Of a stretch of DNA of 64,000 nucleotides, positions 59,701 through 64,000 are shown piece by piece. Both the position numbers and the translations under genes were made by a program. Source of the DNA: the human T2T-CHM13v2.0 reference genome, Homo sapiens; assembly GCF_009914755.1 (NCBI RefSeq), contig NC_060940.1; one strand, given 5' to 3'. The stretch's first letter is position 1, and every line of letters starts with the position of its first letter. The notes under the pieces are model-generated. The model ran no database searches. It was given only the letters and a program-made list of their open reading frames with translations, and was not told where the DNA came from.

Positions 59701-62700
59701 TTCGAGTTCATTCTATTATTCCATTAGATTCCATTCGATGATGATTCCATTCGATTCCATTTGATGATTGCATTCTATTTCATTTGATGATGATTCCATT
59801 CGAGTCCACTCGATGATTCCATTCGAGTCCATTTAATGAATCCATTGGTTTCAATTCTATGATGATTACATTGGATTCCATTCGTTGATGATTTCATTCG
59901 GTTCCATTCAATGATGATTCCATTCAATTCCTTTCAATGTTTCCATTCAATTCCATACGATGATGATTCCATTTGATTTGATTCGACAGTGAGCCATTCG
60001 ATTCAATTCCATGATGATTCTATTTGATTCAATTGGTTGACATTTCCATTCGATTCCATTCGATGATGATTCCCTTTGATTCCGTTCAAAGATGATTCCA
60101 TTCTAGCCCATTCAATCATTCCATTCGATTCTATTCAATGATGATTCCATTCATGTCGATTTGGTGATTCCATTTGACTTCATTTGATGATGATTCCTTT
60201 CAAGTTCATTAGATGATTCCATTCGATTCCATTTGATGATGATCCCATTCGAGTCCATTCAGTGATTCCATTCGTTTCCATTCCATGATGATTCCATTCC
60301 TTTCCATTCAATGATTCCATTCGATTCCGTTTGATGATGATTTCATTCGAGTCCATTTGATGATTCCATTTGATTCCATTCGATGATGATTCCATTCGAG
60401 TCCATTCGATGATTCTATTCGAATCCATTTGATGATTTCTTTTGATTATATTTGGTGATGATTCCATTGGAGTCCATTCAATGATTCCATTCTATTCCAA
60501 TCGATGATGATTCCATTAGAGTCCATTTAATGATTCCATTTGATTCCAGTCTCTGATGATTACATTCGAGTCCATACGATGATTCCACTCAATTCCATAT
60601 GATGATGATTCCATTTGATTCCATTCGGTGATTCCATTCTATTCTATTCAATGGTGATTCCATTCGAGTACATTAGATGATTCCATTCGATTCCATTCAA
60701 TGATGATTCTATTTGTGTCCCTTAGATGATTCCACATGATTCCATTACATGATGATACTATTTGAGCCCATCCAATGATTCCCTTCGATTCCATTCGATG
60801 AGGATTCCATTCGATTCAATTCATTGGTGATTCTATTCAATTCAATTCTTTGATTCCATTCCATTCCATTCGACAATGATTCCATTCGATTTCTTTCGAT
60901 GATTCCACTCGATTCCACTTGACATTGATTCCATTCGATTCCATTCAATGATTCCATTTGATTCCAGTGGATGATGATTGCCATCGATTCCATTCGATCA
61001 CTCCATTCTATTCCATTTGATGATGATTACATTCGATTCCATTTGATGATTCCATCTGATTCTATTCGAGGATTCCATTTGATTCCATTCGATGATGATT
61101 CCATTCGAGTCCATTCGATGATTTCATTCGAGTACATCCAATGATTCCATTCGAGTCCATTAGATGATTCCATTTGATTCCATTTGAAAATGATTCTACT
61201 AGAGTCCATTCAATGACTCCATTCGAGTCCATTCAACAATTCCATTCGACTCCATTCGATGATTCCATTCGATTCCATTTGATGGTTCCATTCGAGTCCA
61301 TTTAATCATTACAGTCGAGTCCATTTGTTGATTCCACTGGATTTCTTTTGATAATGATACCATTCAATTACATTTGATGATGATCCCATTCAATTTCATT
61401 TGATGATGATTCCATTAGAGTCCATTCGATGATTTCATTCGAGTCCCTTCATTGATTCCATCCGATTTCATTGGATGATGACTCCATTCGAGTCCACTCG
61501 ATGATTCCACTCGATTCCATTAGATGACTCCATTGGAGTCCATTTGATTGTTCCATTCGATTCCATTCGATTCCTTTCGAAGATTATTCCATTTGAGTCC
61601 ATTCGATGATGATTCCATTCCATTCCATTCGATGATTCCGTTTGATTCCATTCGATGATTCCCTTCGATTCCTTTCTTTGATGATTCCATTCCATTCCAT
61701 TCAATGATTCCATTCGAATCTATTCCATGATGATTCCTTTCGATTCCATTCGCTGATGTTTCCGTTCAATTCCATTCGATGATGATTCCATTCGATTCCA
61801 TTCATTGAGGATTCCATTTGATTCCATTCAATGATGATTCCATTCTATTCCATTCAATGATTGCATTCAATTCCATTCAATGATTATCCCATTAGAGTAA
61901 ACTCAACGATTCCATTCAATACCATTCAATGATGATTCCTTTTGAGTCCATTCAATGATTTCATTCAAGTCCATTTGATGATTCCTTTCAATTCCATTCT
62001 ATGATGATTCCATTCGAGTCCATTCGATGATTCCATTAGAGTACATTTAATGATTGCTTTGTTTTCAATTCGAAGATGATTGCATTGGATTCCATTCTAT
62101 GATACCATTCGATTCCATTCAATGATGATTCCACTCAAATCCATTGGATGATTCCATTCGTGTCCATTCGGTGATTTCATTAGATTCCATTCGAGGATGA
62201 TTCCATTCGATTCCATTCGATGATTCCATTCAATTCCATTCGATGATGATTCCATTCCAGTCCATATGATCATTCCATTTGATTTCATTCGATGATGATT
62301 CCATTCGATTCCTTTCGACGATTCCATTCTATTCCATTCGATGATGATTCCATTCGAGTCCATTCGATGATTCCATTCGAGTCCATTTAATGATTCCATT
62401 GGGTTCAATTCAATGATGATTACATTGGATTCCATTCTCTGATTCCATTCAATTCCGTTCAATGACAATTTGATTCCATTCGATGATGATTCCATTTGAG
62501 TTCATTCGATGATTCTATTCGATTCTCTTCGATGGTGATTCAATTCTATTATATTGGATGATTCCATTCGATTCCATTTGATGTTGATTCAATTCGATTC
62601 TATTCGATGATGATTCCATTGGATTTCACTTGATGATTCTATTCGATTCCATTCAATGATGATTCACTTCTCGTCCATTGGATGATTCCATTTCATTCCA

Positions 62701-62827
62701 TTCGATGATGATTCCATTCGATTCCATTCGATGATTCCATTTGATTCCATGCGACGGTGAGCAATTCGATTCAATTCCATGATGATTCTATTTGATTCAA
62801 TTAGATGATGTTTCCATTCGAATCCAT
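56798..62827 (+). repeat. Unit 11 (6030 bp, nearly identical to unit 10)
   Basis: All ORFs recur at +6030 with identical translations except one residue (61468 ORF). Confidence 0.94.
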
Positions 62828-64000
62828 TCCATGATTATTCCATTGGAATCCATTCGGCGATGATTCCATATGAGTCAATTCAATGATGATTCCATATGGG
62901 TCCGTTCGATGATAATTCCATTTGATTTCATTCGATGCTTCTATTCTATTCCAGTCGATGATGATTCCGTTGGAGTCCATACGATGATTCCATTTGATTT
63001 CATTTGATGATGATTCCATTCGATGATGATTACATTGGATTCCATTCTATGATTCCATTCAATTCCATTCGTTGATGATTCGATTCCATTCAATGATGAT
63101 TCCATTTGAGTTCATTCGATGATTCTACTCGATTCCGTTCGATGGTGATTCAATTCTATTATATTGGATGATTCCACTCGATTCCATTTGATGATTATTG
63201 CATTGGAGTCCATTTAGTGAATCCTTTAGATTCTATTCGACGATGATTCCATTCGAGTCCATTCGATGATACCATTCAATTCCATTCGTTGATGCTTCCA
63301 TTCAAGTGCATTCGATGATATCATTCGATTCCATTTGATGATAATTCCATTTGATTCCATGCGATGATTCTATTCGATTCCATTCAATGATAATTCCATT
63401 CAATTCAGTGATTCCTCTGGACTCCATTTGATGATGATTCCATTCAATGATTCCATTCGATTCTATTCGAAAATGATTCCATTTGAATCCATTTGATGAT
63501 GATTCCATTAGATTCCATTTGATGATTCCATTCGATTCCATTCGACGATGATTCCATTCGATTCCGTTTGATGATTCCATTCTATTCTATTCGATGATGA
63601 TTCCATTCGATTCCATTCGATGATGATTGGATTCGATTCCATTTGATGATTTCATTTGATTCCATTCGTTAATGATTTCGATCAATTCCATTCGATGATT
63701 CCATTCGATAATGATTACATCCGAGTCCATTCGATGATTCCCTTTGAGCCTGTTCGATAATTCCATTTGAGTCCAACCAATGATTCCATTCATTTCCATT
63801 CAATGATTCCATTCGAGTCCATTTGATCATTCCGGTAGGGTCCATTCGATGTTGATTCCATTGGAGTGCATTCGATGATTCCATTCGAGTCCATTTTAGG
63901 ATTTGATTCGAGTCCTTTCGATGATTCCATTCGATTCCACTCGATGATGATTTCATTCGAGTCCATTCGACACTTCCAATCGATTCCATTTGATGATTCC
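62828..64000 (+). repeat. Partial unit 12 (6030-type), truncated by window end
   Basis: Shares the 10 bp deletion (~63700) and private variants TTCTACTCG and TTATTGCATTGG with units 10 and 11. Confidence 0.92.

Larger units (their letters stand above)
1..64000 (+). repeat. Human satellite 2 (HSat2/HSATII) array, CATTC-rich strand on +; probably the HSat2B ~6.1 kb family (chr16 pericentromere type)
   Basis: Continuous diverged CATTC repeats with HSat2-diagnostic CATTCGATTC, CATTCGAGTC and (GAT)2-3TCCATTC words. Pure CATTCCATTC runs typical of HSat3 are rare. A 6.0-6.1 kb macro-period is seen directly. The subfamily and chromosome call is inferred from the period. Confidence 0.96.

Noticed and set aside
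475-63989. Numerous 60-132 aa minus-strand ORFs (MESSNGIEWNH... repeats)
   Set aside because: They are direct translations of GGAAT/ATCATC repeats. The minus strand is poor in stops and rich in ATG, ORFs overlap in several frames, and they are gained or lost by single substitutions between units. Used only as positional markers.
1-64000. CRISPR-like array of 23-26 bp repeats
   Set aside because: No unique spacers and no cas genes; the intervening sequence is the same satellite.
1-64000. HSat3 (DYZ1 or chr9 type) or alpha satellite
   Set aside because: Long pure (CATTC)n runs are absent, GATGAT-containing 23/26-mers dominate, and there is no 171 bp monomer or CENP-B box. The 170 bp deletion size is unrelated to the alphoid monomer.

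Overview
The whole 64 kb window is an uninterrupted, single-orientation array of human-type satellite 2 (HSat2/HSATII; CATTC-derived, dominated by CATTCGATTC, CATTCGAGTC and GATGATGATTCCATTC). Its ~6.1 kb macro-repeat fits the HSat2B array of the chr16 pericentromere; that assignment rests on family knowledge, not a search. I find no credible genes, RNA genes, transposons or CRISPR arrays, and all listed ORFs are artefacts of the stop-poor GGAAT strand. A marker present once per unit (the ORF ending NDIIECT at 475, 6577, 12679, 18791, 25822, 29951, 37103, 40829, 45130, 51242, 57272, 63302) gives spacings of 6102, 6102, 6112, 7031, 4129, 7152, 3726, 4301, 6112, 6030 and 6030 bp. Regular units on both sides therefore flank a rearranged core at about 18.3-44.7 kb. 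The core holds a single-copy ~1.83 kb divergent HSat2 island, an ~11.2 kb-offset duplication of a compound rearranged unit, and recurrent 170, 570 and 1752 bp deletions. All unit lengths except the island-spanning 4129 bp interval can be accounted for to the base by visible indels. The interest here is satellite array evolution (mosaic units, a length-restoring recombinant, clustered breakpoints); I cannot support a novel gene system.
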